Assembly (NCBI RefSeq): GCF_009834535.1
Contig: NC_045696.1
Coordinates: 34,846,001 to 34,910,000 of the forward strand
Length of the DNA: 64,000 nucleotides
Source: Camelus ferus
Taxonomy: Eukaryota
Direction of reading: 5' to 3'
Under the pieces are notes generated by a model. The model searched no databases. It worked only from the letters and a program-made list of their open reading frames with translations, and was not told the origin of the DNA. The position numbers and the translations under genes are program-made. Positions 13,431 through 27,800 of this stretch are shown here, one piece after another (position 1 is the stretch's first letter; every line of letters begins with the position of its first letter).

Positions 13431-14291
13431 TTCTTATTGGTTCTTGGTTTGGATTCTCCTCTTTACTTCACAGCTTGATATTTGCAACAACTTTCTAAAA
13501 TGATATCTATTGGAAATCTACAAACTACTATAAGATTAGCCACGAAATGTGTTTATTGTCAACTCCTCTGAAACTTTTACTGGCTTCCCACTGGCTACTG
13601 GATTGCATAAAATGATCATCTGTACTTTCACATCCCTCTCTCTACCGCCCCAGACTCCTGCCTCCCACTCCCAAAGCCACTGTCTCATCTTCAATCTGCC
13701 TCAACTACTTCATGTTCCCTGAGCATGTCACCATTTCCTCTCTTCTCTGATTCACTCTCCAGCATCCTGGCTTTTGAATCGTGCCCCGTACAAGTGCTTT
13801 CCCAAATAAGGCATCTTTTCCCAAATAAGAAATCTTTTCTAATATCTTTCTACCCTTCACTCTAAACCCTCCCCCAATTTTCATAACCTTACATGACCCA
13901 TTTCTTTGACTTTCCGTCAGTGGTCCTGTTGATACCAGTTTTACTGTATACGTGTTAGTTGAATAATGTAATGTCTCGTTGATGAGTTGAATACAGACAC
14001 TTCCAAACTATGCCCTAGATGTTTGCTGATTTCTTTCTTATAGAACTTATTTTAAGGTCTGTATTTACAAAGAAACTCAGAGTCTAATAAAATGAAAAAA
14101 AATAATTTGGTAAGACACATTTCTCTGTAATAGTTACTACATCTTTTGTAGGTTGGTTTGATTTTAGTTTAGTTACTTTTAAAAAGCAGGGAAAACTTGA
14201 CACTCATAGGGATTAGGATTAAGTGCTTAAAAAAAAAACTGTTTTGAGGAGAACGGTCAGCCTCCAGTTGAGACTTGAATAGTTACATAAA

Positions 14292-14388
14292 CTAGGGCAA
14301 ACTTTTGATTTATTTTTTAAACTGGGACAGTTTGGAGAGATAACAGGGTAATTATAATTCAACCAGGACAGTCTTGGGAAATGTCACT
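14292..14388. mobile_element. MER81-like hAT-Blackjack MITE
   Basis: tagggc...aaactgggacagtttggagag...aaccaggacagtcttgggaaa...tgtcacta matches my recall of the MER81 consensus. Confidence 0.55.
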
Positions 14389-14389
14389 A

Positions 14390-14500
14390 ACAAGCTGAAT
14401 GATCTTAGTCAGGTTATTTAATCTCTTTGGGGCTCAATCGCCTCATCCATAGATGATCAGTTTGAACTAAACATTTGAGATTTCTTCTGGCTCTAAAATT
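14390..14500 (+). mobile_element. MIR SINE remnant
   Basis: agctgaatgatcttagtcaggttatttaatctctttggggctcaatcgcctcatc is the MIR core. Confidence 0.6.
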
Positions 14501-16779
14501 CGTGAACTAAACAATGGTTCTGCAAATTTGTTATAGTTCCTTGTTAGTACTTTACCATGTATTTCGTATTTCGTATTTTGAGTTCAGGGCTGTGGGAATA
14601 TACGAAATGGTAGTGGCAAAGAACTCTTGGAAAATGATAAAATTTAGAAAACTCTTAGTTGGAGTTAAGAATGAGACCCTTTTCTGGATTAACTAGGAAA
14701 GAGTTTAGTAGCATAAAAATGGAGTAGCTACTGACACACAATAGCCTATTTCAGATGAATACAGGTAGTGAATGCAATACAGAGATTGAATATAATCTTC
14801 AGGTTTCAGATGATTTGTGTGAGAGAGGCTTTGGAGATGTCTAGAACTCTGGTAGATAAGAAATGAATGAAGTGAAAACTGCTGCAGAAAATATGCTTAT
14901 ACAAGTGGATAAGAGAAAAGGGCATATGATTGAGGAAGGGTACATTGTATTAAATGTTTCAGATCTTTCTGGATAATGAATTCTAAGGGTACTAGAAATC
15001 TACTTTCTTTAATATGTTTCATCCAAATTAAATATTAGGGTTGACTTAATTTTTTTTTTTCATGTAGAAACAAAAGTCAATTCCTCTGCCCCCATCACCC
15101 CTCCCCCTTAAAGTGGCTTTAGCGGTGTGTGGTCTGTGCATACTGCATACTCTAATGTCTAGAAGTTGTCTGCATTTCTGAAGTCACCTAGAAATTATCT
15201 CAGCATCTTTATGTAGCATTTTTATGCAGTCATCCTGTTACCTCATCCCAAATGCCAGGAAATAGCCTGACCAGATGCAGATAAAAATATTACACTCGGT
15301 TTTAATGCCATTATTTGAATTTCAAAAAAGAGGAAATGATCCTTAATTGTGGATTCAATTGTTATTTGCAGGTGTAAAAGGGAACTTTTGGCTGCCAAAT
15401 TTAATAACCTCTTCCAGGTTCAAAGGTGAATTAAAAGGATAGTGAAATTTAATAAATGCCCAATTTAACTAGGTGTTGCCTTGAGAAGTTTATGAGTCCT
15501 TCAGGGAAGGAACAGTACATTATATAGCAGAAGGAACTTCTGCTAGCTAATCACAAGACAGAAAGGTGTAAGCATGTTTTTCTTTTTTAAGATATCCCTG
15601 CTTAATTTTTTACCTCTTGCCAAAAAAATGATGAAAGTTTGTTTTTATTCATAGTCTGGGTTTGAAAGATTTAAGTGATTCTGAAACTTGCCTACTCCAC
15701 ATTTCTACTCAAATAATTTAGCCTCTGCAGAGAGGGATATTTTATTACTGTGGGAAGAAAAATAAAGAAACATAGGGATTAAATGGAATATGTTTCTTGG
15801 TTTCCTACATTAACTGATTTTGAGGTTATTTCTTCCTTCAGCTGTTGTACAAGGAAAAAAAGCAATAAAAAAGTGCATTTCTATGATTGATTATATGCTA
15901 GGATAAATCCTTAAACAGTAGAGTTTTTTAATCAGATACTTCAGTTTTGATAGCCTGAAATTTTGCTGAGCATTCCTATACATTTAAAAAATCTCATATG
16001 TATTGGAAGATAATCTTTCAGATGGAGAACACAATATTTCTCTTTAGTTAAATGAGATTGCCTTAAACTTATTGTGAAATTATCATGCTAAGTCTAGATA
16101 CAATAGTTTTGATTTGAATGTAAGGCCCTCCCTTTTCATTCATTGTGAACCGATTCTCTATACATGGACTTTATTTTTTTTTCCCAAGTGCATGCTTCAA
16201 GTACAACAATCAGAATGAAATACGTGTGTGGCTATGTTTTTACAAGAGTTTTCTACATACAGAGTTAGCTTCTTGTTTTCATCTTTATAAAATGTAGTAG
16301 AAATCTCAGTAAAAAAAAAAAAAAACAACTTTTTTACTTAAAAATAGAAAAAAGGCTTAGGTAAATTAGAAAAATAATAATGTGAGATTCTAAAAAAATT
16401 AGTTCGTTCTTGGGAAAATTTAAAAATTAAATAGCTAGGCAGTAAAGTCAAAAGCAACAGATTTGGAGGGCCAAGATCTACATGTCATTGTATACTTGCC
16501 ATGCTAGATTAAATTACGTATCTCCTATATATAGGATACATAATGCACACACACACATTAATTAGGTCCTGTTCATTTCTGTTTGGTCTCTGAAATCTTT
16601 ATGGAGTATTAATACATGTTTCTCAGTATTTCATTTCTTATAATTCCATAACTAAGGGAAACCATCATAGGTTCCCATAGACAAGAACGTTCAAATACAA
16701 ATCAACTATCAAGAGTTATGAGACAGGTATTTACATAACTTGAGTTTCTACTATATAATGGGACTTTGGTAATTATTTA

Positions 16780-16990
16780 TAATAATAGAAATGACAACTT
16801 ATTGATTATATATGCTTTATTAGATGTTACACTAAGTACGTTATTCCTTGTAGCAAACATAGTAGATGTACGGTACTTACTATCTTTATTTTACAGATGA
16901 AGAAACCGAAGTTTACAGAATATAAATAATTTGTCTAAGATCATAGAGCTAAAAAACAGAATAGTTGGGGCTGTAATTTGGTTTACCAAA
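16780..16990 (-). mobile_element. MIR SINE
   Basis: ataataatag...tattttacagatgaagaaaccgaag...taatttgtctaagatcatagagct. Confidence 0.75.
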
Positions 16991-18461
16991 TCTAGATTTT
17001 TTTTAACATAAATGAAAAATTGTAACCCTGTTGCCTAATTTTCTTCCCAGTCATAATGAGTTCTTATAAAGTCCTGATATGTTTCTTAATATAAAGAAAC
17101 CTGGGTACAATCAATACTCATATATTATGATTAACTAATTAGAAAATTGAGGTATTTTCACTGTAATTTTTCACAAAAAAATAAATTCATATTCCAGTCT
17201 GATTGCTTTCATGACCAATCCTTCAACTGATTTAAAAAATAGAAACAATATATATATATTTGCTTTTTAACAATAAGGCTAAAACACAAATTCCATACTT
17301 CAGATGAATCCAGCTGAAGTTGTGAAAAGAATACAGAAGCGTGATTTTTCACATTTAATGATTTTAATGTTTCTTTTTCTTATATACATTCAAAACTCTG
17401 GCTAGTTACTTGAGTTAAAAAATATTCTATCCAGTACGAAAGGGTTTGTAAACATACTGTTTATATTAAATGTCTGGTGTTTGGCACTGCTATTCAATAC
17501 AAACATCTGGATTTCACCTCAAATACTTAAAATTGTTGACATAGCAACTTTTGAGAATAGTATAAGTGAGGAGCATATAAAAACAATGAGCTTGATATGA
17601 AATAGAAGAAGGGTTTAGGAATAGGGGTTAGGAAAAATGAGTGCAAATTGAGAAAAGAGGTACAGAGATCTGGGTCAGAGAGAAAAGGTCAGAAAGATGA
17701 AGAGAAAAGTCTTGGAAGGTATGCAGCGGATGACTGAAAACAGATGCTGGCGGCAGTGAGTGCAGAGGGGATGATGATTCTGAAGGTTATTTATCCTTTA
17801 AAGATAGAGAAACAGGAATTAAATGGCCTTCTATAGCCAGAGGAAAAGACTGAAAACAATATTTCTTACCCACCTTTGAAAAGAAAAATCATGAAGTCCA
17901 ACCCAGTGTGTGCGTACCACAGGGCAGAACCTTTGTTCCTGCGAAAATGGAGTTCATAATAATATCTACTGAAAAGGGTTGTAGTAGAGCATTTAAAAAG
18001 TTAACGTATAGAGCAAGGACTGAGGGTGTAAATGCTGTCGATTATTATTACCACCATAGTTATTTCAATATTACTTCACTTACTGTTTCCCAGTTTTCTA
18101 TGTCTAAAAATATTTGGGAATTGGAGGAAGAGGAAAATAGCAAACGGTTAATGGAGTCATTCTGATTTGAGGTATTTGTGACATCAAAGATCTAAATAGA
18201 GTTTTCATTTTTTTATTTGCCCTTTCAATGTTATGTTTTAGGAAAAATATATAGCAAAATTCCTTTTGTGGCATCAGACAATGGTTTCAAGAGAAAATAT
18301 TGAAGGATTGTCTCTTATAGGAAGATTTTTTAATTTGTACATTTTAAAAGAGATATTAACTAGGTAGATAAGATCCAAAAGTTGATTTATCTTTGTTTAT
18401 AATTTGTTTTTCTTGAGATTATTTGAAGGAATATTGGAAAAAATACTGAAGCTCAGATGAA

Positions 18462-18525
18462 TTTTTTTTTAACATTTTTTTATTGATTTATAATCATTTT
18501 ACAATGTTGTGTCAAATTCCAGTGT
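18462..18525 (-). mobile_element. Ultra-short, young L1 3'-end insertion
   Basis: T-run + aacattttttattgatttataatcattttacaatgttgtgtcaaattccagtgt, flanked by the direct repeat AGATGAAT (18455-18462 and 18526-18533). Confidence 0.8.
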
Positions 18526-20159
18526 AGATGAATATATTTTAATCTTAGATAATCAAGGGCATAGAAGATCTAGATTTATCTTTTAAATGGGAGATCTTTT
18601 AAGAAATGATCTAAATTAGTGGAAAATTTTAGGTGAACACATTAATAGTAGTTTATTTGAAGATAGTCCTATAAGCTTATTTTCCAATAAGCAAAAGGTT
18701 AGACAGTGCTTAAACGTAGTAAATTAGAGTACTAAAATATTACCTGTCAGCATGACAATATTTTAGTTTGTTGTCACAATGAGAAAACTAATCTCTTGCA
18801 TTTGGAAAAGAAGACTAATATTGCTAGCTTCTTGCCAAATATGATATTTTGAAGTATCCTATTTCATTCTTATCTTAAAATGATAAACATTATGCTATTT
18901 TCAAATACACAAAGATGTAGAAATGTTATGTATATGTGTTAACTAATTTAGTGCATTTGGAACAAAATCTGCATTACTGAAATCTAATCATTTTAGATTC
19001 AGACTGCAAGGGGTGTTCTGTTAAGTGAAAAGCATGAATCAAGCAATATGAAGGCAATGTGCAACCTACCAAGTGATCCATTTGAGGCTATGCTTTTGAT
19101 TTTGTATAAGCAAAATTTCTTGAATTAGACATGAAATGTAATCAACAGGTCTCTTAATGTGTCATGGTTTTCCATAAGGTTCTTCCCTTTGTTTGCACAG
19201 CTGCTTTCTGGAGACCTGTATATAACGTTTCCCTTACATTATTGTCATTGCTGTTTTAAACCTAGTGACCATTTCCAGGAAGAAAGTTGCTTGCACAAAG
19301 TTTTGATCTTATGAAAACTTGATCCACTGTTTCATTTTCATTGATAGTTTCAATTTTTGTACCATCAAGATAATTAGACTTTCAATATACTGTTTAACTG
19401 TGACTTTATTAAAAAAGAATAAATGATTATGCAAATTTGGCCAGAGAATATAGAATACCATATTCTAAAATGTAGTTTAATTCAATTATTAGAAATATTA
19501 TGTTATTGGCCAATTGATTTATAGATCGATTTTTTGGCTTTGAAGAAATATCTCAAATCTCAATCTCAAAAGCTACATTGGCTCCAGAATAAAGCCGATA
19601 GGCAATAATAATGTGAACCTAATACTGAATTGCATGATTGATTTCTGAGCACATACACTTCTGATGAAACACATTAAGGTCAATAAACTTGTATTAGCAA
19701 CAAGCAGCTGATTAGCCAGACACTGTACTGCGCTACTTGGTTCCCACCTAGGGAGTCTATAGGCTGATTTTTAATGTTCATCTTAGTGGTCTCACTTGTT
19801 CACTTGACCATTTTCTTTATGCATAAGTTACCTCCAGGATAAGATTTATATTTTTCAAAACTGCATGCAGGGTCCTTCTTCATCTGCTGCCACCCTCATT
19901 TTTGCAAGGGTCCATCACCTGTCCTGCTTCCAGTGTCCAGTTACTGCCACAGTGAACTTCTTGCTGCCCCTCTATGTTTTAGGTCCTTTCATGCTTTTGT
20001 ACATTTCCATAGGGTGACCATCCCCTGATTCTTCAATGGTGAAATTATCCTTCAAAAGTCCAATTCATATGTCACTTCCTCTGTGAAGCCTTTCTGGATT
20101 TTCCATCTGGCAGAGAAGTTCACACATTTCATAGAACAGTGATGCATTCTTGACTTGAT

Positions 20160-20198
20160 GACACACACACACACACACACACACACACGAACACACAC
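20160..20198. repeat. (CA)n microsatellite
   Basis: About 14 perfect AC units plus an interrupted tail. Confidence 0.95.
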
Positions 20199-20469
20199 TT
20201 CTGTTACTTGAGAGTAACATGAAAAGAGCCTTATAGCTTTTTCCTTGTACTTTTCTGTTGATCAAGTTGACGGCCTTTAGCATTAGTCAAGTTGATATTA
20301 TCTGACATTCCTTCCTCTTTACTCTGCTGTGTGGCACCATGTAGCATTCCTGAACTATGTTGAAACTCCTATTTATGTTCTCATACACAAGTAAAATCTG
20401 TTAAAAAATATAAATCTTGAGTAAAATGGTCATACTGGGTTGATCAAAGACAATCTCTCAGGTAGGATG

Positions 20470-21180
20470 AATTAATTAGGGCAAATGACCTAGAGGAAAT
20501 ATTTGCAGCATTTGTGACAAAAGGTAGACATTATTACATATAAAGAGCTCTTATACACAATAGCAAAGATGAACACATTTACTAAACCATGGGTAAATAA
20601 AATGACCAAGGCCTTAATGTGTAGAGAAATATAAGTAGCCAAAATTTAGTTGATATTTAAGATACGAATATTAAAACAAGTGGTCATGAAATGAAGGCCA
20701 AGAAAGAGGTAAATATTGAAAGTATTTGAGAGCCAGAGTTTGCAAGGTAGCTAAATGTCACTTGTCTATTACTGATGGGAATGCAATTTTTTTTTTTTAC
20801 GAATCTACTGGAGGAAAATTTAGCGATATATTTGAAAGTCTTAAACTATAAAATTTATCCTACAATTCTAATTCTAGAAAGTAATCTAAAAGAAGCAGAC
20901 ATGTATAAAAATATTAGTTAAGATCATGATTTACAAAGTCTTAAATAATGGTATTTTAAAAAAGAATCATGGACTGTGAAAACTGATTAAAATTTTATTT
21001 GAGGAGAATATTTAGTAACTTTAAAAAATCCATGTTATTTCAGTAAATAAGCAAACAAAAAGAAAATGATGAGTATCTCATATTTGTATAAAAATGCAGG
21101 TACATAGAAACACTAGAATGATACACATTTATCAAACTATTTAAATGATTAATCATCCAGGTGTTTAGTTATTCCTATCT
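20470..21180 (+). mobile_element. Ancient L1M (L1ME-like) ORF2/3' remnant
   Basis: ggaaatatttgcagc...gacaaaagg...tataaagagctctta; actgatgggaatgcaa; acaattctaattctagaa. Confidence 0.55.
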
Positions 21181-22419
21181 TTGCTAGGACAAAAATAAAA
21201 TTTTAAGAAGTTGACCTTTCTGTACAGCTCTATTAGAAGTTATTTTCTTGACTGAGTAGATGACCCCAAATAGTGCATAATTCATTTGCTTTCTAAAAAT
21301 TTAATTTAATTTCAAAATACAGAAGAAGAATGATGTTTGAAATAATCTCCATACCTAAAATATTGTCTGGGGTCAATTTATGTATTTTATGCATTTTCAA
21401 TATTTGCTAATGTCTCTGGTAGGTACATGGTGAAGGAGGTTGGGAGAGTGTTGGGACTGGATAGGAAGGATGTTAGTTGGATAGGCTAGAACTGCCTTAA
21501 GCATGAAGGAATTTGGACATTTTTTCATATTTGTGATCCTGAGATCCTTGGTCGTACATACACTTCAAGAAACCCTTGATTCCTACATAAAACAGAACAA
21601 AAATTTGCTTGAAGATACTCTTGCAACAGGATGTCTGTATCTGTATCTGTACCTCTATTTTTACATCTGTGTCTATAACTAAGCCAATTAATGTTTATTG
21701 CAGATAATCCCTAGATCCTAGTTGGCTTGTTGCTGCCCTGTTAACAGACAAAGCTAGAAGACTTAAATCTCCTGGTTTCTCCCAGAGTGTCTAGAGGAGT
21801 CCTTCTGTATATGACTTTTGGGCCATGATGCATACTGCTATAGTACAGAATTGCAGGACGGAGCTGAAAGTGACCCCACCAGGCTTACTGTTCTTGTGTT
21901 ACCTTGTTAAGATTCCCCACCCCCCTTGGCTCCCATCATACAAAGACACATTGAACTCCAGCTTTTGCCAATTTGTGGTGTTCTTCTATATAGGGAACCT
22001 ACAGCCTGTACGTAAATTGAGAATCTTTGCAGCAAGCTTGAGATTTTGCCTGGCAAACCAAATGATGTGAAATATTTTGTATTGTATAAAGTACTACTCA
22101 GTACTTTGTAGGTCAGGGGGAATTGGCTGGATGTATGGCTGCAAATAGTTGGTTTACGATTTTGACAGAGGTAGATGTAATTTTGTTTGAGTATGTTTCT
22201 CTAACAGTGAACTTTCTGCTCCTTTGACTGGTGGGTAGTGTTCAGACATTGACAAACTATGTATTTCCTAAAAGTATCTCCCAAGTGAATTTTCCTTTGG
22301 ACTTACCCTCTACTTTCCTTCATCATTTTTAGTATATGTGATAGATCAGAAAAATGGAAGTACTTTCATTTTCATTTGGAGGACTCTTTTTATTTTTTAA
22401 TCTCCTGAATTATTCTCCT

Positions 22420-23150
22420 TCAAAACATGGACATCAAAAGTTTTCCATTGCCCAACTAATCCTCCAGCTCTGACCTGTGAGACACGCCATCACTTTTCCC
22501 CTGCGGTTCTTCTTCTTCTTCTATCTAGCAGTATGCTCAAGTGTTTCTCTATTTTAACAGCATCAACCAGTCTTCCCTCCAAGATAACCTTTTCCAACTG
22601 TACTTAACTCTTCACAGTCCAGTTCCTTAAAGTCAGGCTAACTGCACTGGCTCCACTTCACACCCAGTATTCTTTTGGAACTGTGCTCTCAAACAAGTCG
22701 TTAGTGAACTCAATGGTTAATTTTCAGGCACCACTCTTGATAACCCTTTTTTTTATTGAATACCACTTAGAGAATGATTGCTTGGACTTTAAAAATTTTC
22801 CTTTCATTTTTGTATCTCTTATCACTCCTGGATTATATCCTTTGTGAGTCCCCCTCTTGCATCTTCTCCTCCTCCTCAACCTCCTCATTCTTCCAAATGC
22901 AAGTCACTCAGACGTTCTTATGGATTAAGCTCGGCAATCTTTCTTTTTTTGCCACTTTCTGTTCCAATTCCAAGCATCATCTTTATCCTTCATTTCTAGA
23001 ACACTTTCTTCATTTTGCCATGTGTTGCTGTCTTGTTTTCTGTCTGCACCCGACTTACTACCTCTTCTTTAACTTTAGACTGCATATGTCCCAATAATCT
23101 TTACGTTTTTACACCTGACATAATTGGCTACACAGTAGTTCATTGAATTA
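22420..23150 (+). mobile_element. L2 LINE remnant
   Basis: Pyrimidine-rich, with ctcaatggttaattttcagg and a 3' end resembling cctgacataattggc...cagtagttcattgaattaaat. Confidence 0.5.
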
Positions 23151-24899
23151 AATTCCCTATTCTTTCTTCTGTGCCTCTTGCATTTCAGAAAACTATTCTT
23201 TGGTGTGGCTCCAAAGTGCTTTTTGGAATGGATTGCACAGGGATATTTATTAAAAGGTGATGCCAACACGTATCCTGTGGGTGGGAAGGGATGAATCCTA
23301 GCAAATTGTCTGGATTCTCACCATGCCGAGTATCCACTCTGCCTCTACCCTTCAGTCTCTCCCATTTTCGGACTTGATTTAGATTTGTTGCACCCTATGC
23401 CCTTGTCACTTTTATTCTGTTAAGATATTGAAGGTTGCTGATTTAAAGTTGTTTCTGAGGAAATTTTTCTGAAAATATAACCAAAAAAATCATACAGAAG
23501 TATGAAAATGAATGGATTTTTACAAAGTATATTATTCTGCGGCCTTGTTCAACGTATCCAATGAATCTAATGTGGCCAAGCTAGGCTGACCTGACTCTGC
23601 TCTTTACACACCAAACCCATGGTCCCTGAACTCATCTAGGGGATGAGGACACAGAGGATAGACAGTGTTGAATACAGCTACATATCAGTGATATTTGCTT
23701 CTGGATGGATTTCTGCACAGCTCGTGGGTAGACTCCACTAACAGGTCCTTGTGTTTGGGTGACAACTTGATTGCAGCCGAGAAGTGGAGAATTTGCTCAC
23801 AGTTTTTATGGAATACAGAATTATAAAAATAGTAGCAATTATGTTTAATTATATTTATTTTTCTGTGCACTAGAACCTAGTGTCCTTGGATTACTTTTCT
23901 TCACAGGAAATGAAATCTGCATATAGCCTACAAGATGGCCTGGCATGGTAGTAGCTCAAGTTCCTGTTTCTAAGAGTCACTGAAACAGCCAGATGATTAT
24001 AGGTTTCATGAAACTTCTCTTGGTAAGAGGCACTTTAAAAATCAAGAACGTGTGGATTCATGTGCATATGTGATAAAAAGAGTCCAGAGAAGGTAGCCTT
24101 GAAGAATAAATCTGAGAGATATTCTCGTGGGCTTATACATGGGAGCAGATGAAAGCTGAATGTCTGAGCCCTACAAGGTAGAAATGTCAGATACTCACGT
24201 CAAACTAGAGATAAACCTTGGATTACGGAGGTTTCCTCTGAAGTCTTCTGTACATCTGAGCCAAAGCCTCTTATGCAGTTGGTTCCCAAAAGAGGATTAT
24301 CCTCCTTGAGTGATCAATCCTTACTCTGAGTTTGGTGCATTAAGAATTGACTTCCAAGAAATTCTTTAAATTCAAATCTCTTGAATTGCAAAAATATTAA
24401 TATAAGTCTTGAGAGTTTGTCAGGCCAGAGTCAATTTGGTTTAAACAACCCAAACAATTGAACAGAATAAAACAACAATGCTAGGTTACTTTAGGCTAAA
24501 AAAAAAAACAAAAAAAGATTAGATATTACATATTCTGAGTATTAACTTAAGTAGAAATTGTGAGAAAATTAATCTATACACACAGTAAGAATACTGAATA
24601 TTTTAAATCCTAAACCAACTTTCACCAGTTTTTAAGGCATCTATGCATTATTTTTGCTTTTACTGTAAGGGTTTCTTGAGGAATGCATTTATTTCCCTTT
24701 TGATGGTTTATTGAGAACAGAAAGCATTTACCTCATTGTACTCTCTTTGTTTACAAGGTCTTACATTTGCAATATTAACTGAGGTTGGCTTGTGGGACTA
24801 TCTTTGTTTTTTATCAGTTCTTTTGTCGATCATTTTGTGAACATCTTGTTCTCAAACACTCATCTGCAGATAGGATTCCTGAGATTGGTAGTAATAGTA

Positions 24900-27800
24900 T
24901 AATGATATATGGATTTACTGCAATTTGTTAATCCATTCACTTGTTGATGACCATTGGGTTATTTCCAGTTTGGACTATCAAGCTGAAGCTCCAAGGAATG
25001 TTATTTCTATAAGCCTTTTTATGGGTGTATGCTTCCTTTTCTCTTGGGTAAATACTAAGAGTGGACTGGCTAGATTATATGATACATGTATATTTTGCTT
25101 TTTAAAAAATGGTCAACTTTTTTTCCCCCAAACTTCTCGTACTATTATATATTTCAACCAGCAGTGTATGAGTGTTCCATTTCCTCCACTTCCTTGTCAG
25201 TGCTTAGTATGGCAAGCTTTTAAAATTTTAGCTGTTTTTAATGTTATTTAGTTGTCTCTCATGTGGTTTCAATGTGCGTTTCCTAATGACTAATGATGTT
25301 GAAGATCTTTTCATTTGCTTATTTCCCATTCACATATCATCTTTGGAAAGCTGTCCAAATATTTTGCTCATTTTTTATTGGATAGTTTACTTTCTTAAGT
25401 TCTCTCTATAAACTCTTAATAACAACTCCTTTATGAGATATATGCCTTGCAAATATTTTCTCTAAGTTTATGGTTTGTCTTTTCATTTTTCTTAACAGTG
25501 TCTTATGATCAGCAAAAGTTTTTAATTTTGGTGAAATTCGACTTACTCATTTATTCTTTTGTTGATTGTGGTCTTGGTGTCACATTTAAAAACTACACCA
25601 AAATGCAAATCACAAAGATTTTCTATGTTTTCTTTCAGAGCTTTTATAGTTTTAGGTTTTATGTTAGATCTATGATCTCATTATGAACTGATTTTTGTGT
25701 GCAATTTGAGGTATCAAAGTTCATTTTTGGGGGGGCAGTTGTATATATCCAATTATTACAAAGTCATTTGAAAGGATTGTTCTTCACTGAACTGCCTTTG
25801 CACTTTTTTCAAAAATCAGCTATCTATATCTGTGTCTATTTCTGAACTTCCTATTCTGTCCCATTGATCTATTTATCCACCTTTATGCCAATACAAAATG
25901 GTTTTGACTATTGTCACTTTTTAAAAATATATTTTTATTGAAGTATAGTCAGTTTACAATATTATGTCAATTTCTGGTGTATAGCACAATACTTCAGTCA
26001 TATAGGAACGTATATATTTTCATTTTCATATTCTTTTTAACCATAAGTTACTACAAGATACTGAATATAGTTCCCTATGCTATACAGTAGAAACTTGTTG
26101 TTTATCTATTTTATATATAATAGTTAGTATCTGCAAATCTCAAACACCCAAGCAATAGAAATGAAAACAAAAATAAACAAATGGGACCTAATTAAACTCA
26201 TAAGCTTTTGCACAGCAAAGGAAACCATAAGCAAAACAAAAAGACAATCTACAGAATGGGAGAAAATATTTGCAAGAGATGAGACTGACAAAGGCTTAAT
26301 TTCCATAATATATAAACAGCTCATACAACTTAATAAGAAAAAGCCAAACAACCCAACCCAAATATTGTCACTTTTTAATATCTTGAAATCAGGTAATGTT
26401 GTTCTTCCAACTTTCTTCTTTTTCAAAGTTGTTTTGTCTATTCTAGCACTTTTGCATTTCAACTCTTTACCTAGATTTTCATAGTAACTTACATAAAAAA
26501 GGCACATTTATCAAAACAAAGAAATGAACATTGGTACAATGCTATTAACCAAATTACAAATTTTAATAGAATTTTACCAGTTTTTACAATAATATCTTCT
26601 TGCTGACCCAAGATCCAATCCAGACACCATGTTGCCTTTAGTCATTATGTTTAAATTTCTCCAGGGTATAACAGTTTCTCTGTCTTTCCTGATTTTTCAT
26701 GACATTGGCACATTTGAAGAGTACTGGTGAAATATATAGAAATTTTCTCAGTGTAGGCTTGTCTGGTGTTTTCTTATGATAAGATTGCGTTCATGGATTT
26801 TGAGGAAGTGTGTTATCCTTTTGATATATTTTTAGATTTGATTTTGCTAAAATTTTGTTTGGAATTTTTGCATCTATATGAAGAATATTGGTCTGTTGTT
26901 TTTTTGAAATCTAACAATGTTTTTGTTTGAATTTGTTATCAGGGTAATGGTTGGTTCATAGTATGAGTTAGGAAGAAATTGTTCCATTTTAATTTTCTGG
27001 AAGAGGAAGATTAAAAAATTGGTATTATTTCTTTCTTAAATGTTTCATAGAATGCACCAGTGAAACCATCAGAGTCTTGTGGGGTTTTTTTGTGGGAAGG
27101 TTTTTAACTCAAATTCAATTTATTTAATAAATATAGGGATCTTCAGGTTGTCTATTTATTCTTGAGTGAACTTTGGCAATTTTTATCCTTCAAGATATAT
27201 GTACCTTTCATCTGAGTTGTCTGATATATTATCATAATATTATTCACAGTATTACCTTATTATCCTTTTTAATATATGCAGATATTAAATATAAATGGCA
27301 GCTCTCTCATTCCTGATATTTGTAATTTGTATTTTCCTGTTTTCCATCTGATCTGCCTGGCTAAATGTTTTCAATTCCATTGATCTCAAATAACTAACTT
27401 TTGGTATCCTCACTTTTCCTGTTTCTATCTTATTGATTTATCTTCCAATATCTATAATTTTCTTTCTTCTACTTAATTTTGGTTTAATGTGCTCTTCTTT
27501 TTCTAGTTGCTTAAGGAACAAGTTAATGTCATTATTCAAACATTTATTTTCTTACATAGTCATTTAATGTTACAGATATCTTCTCCTTTTACATTCTGCA
27601 TTAGCAGCATCCCATGCATTTTTATACATTGTATTTTTATTTTCATTCATTGCAAAGGAATTCCTAATTTTCTTTTTGTTTTCTTTAATTCATGGGTTAT
27701 TTAGAAGTATATTATTTAGTTCTAAGTATTTGTTTATTTTTCATAGGTATTTCTGTTACTGATTTATAATTTAATTTCATTACCAAATCCAAGAACATAC

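Noticed and set aside
22085..22110. Hairpin TATAAAGTACT-ACTC-AGTACTTTGTA
   Set aside because: The stem is short and AT-rich, too small for a pre-miRNA, and plausible by chance.
21690..22200. Possible ancient ERVL/Gypsy-type LTR on the minus strand
   Set aside because: Only a poly(A)-signal-like motif and GC shift are visible. I could not define termini, a TSD or a family.
26124..26507. Overlapping antiparallel ORFs of 127 and 107 aa
   Set aside because: Both derive from an L1 ORF2 fragment in an inverted insertion and are not genes.
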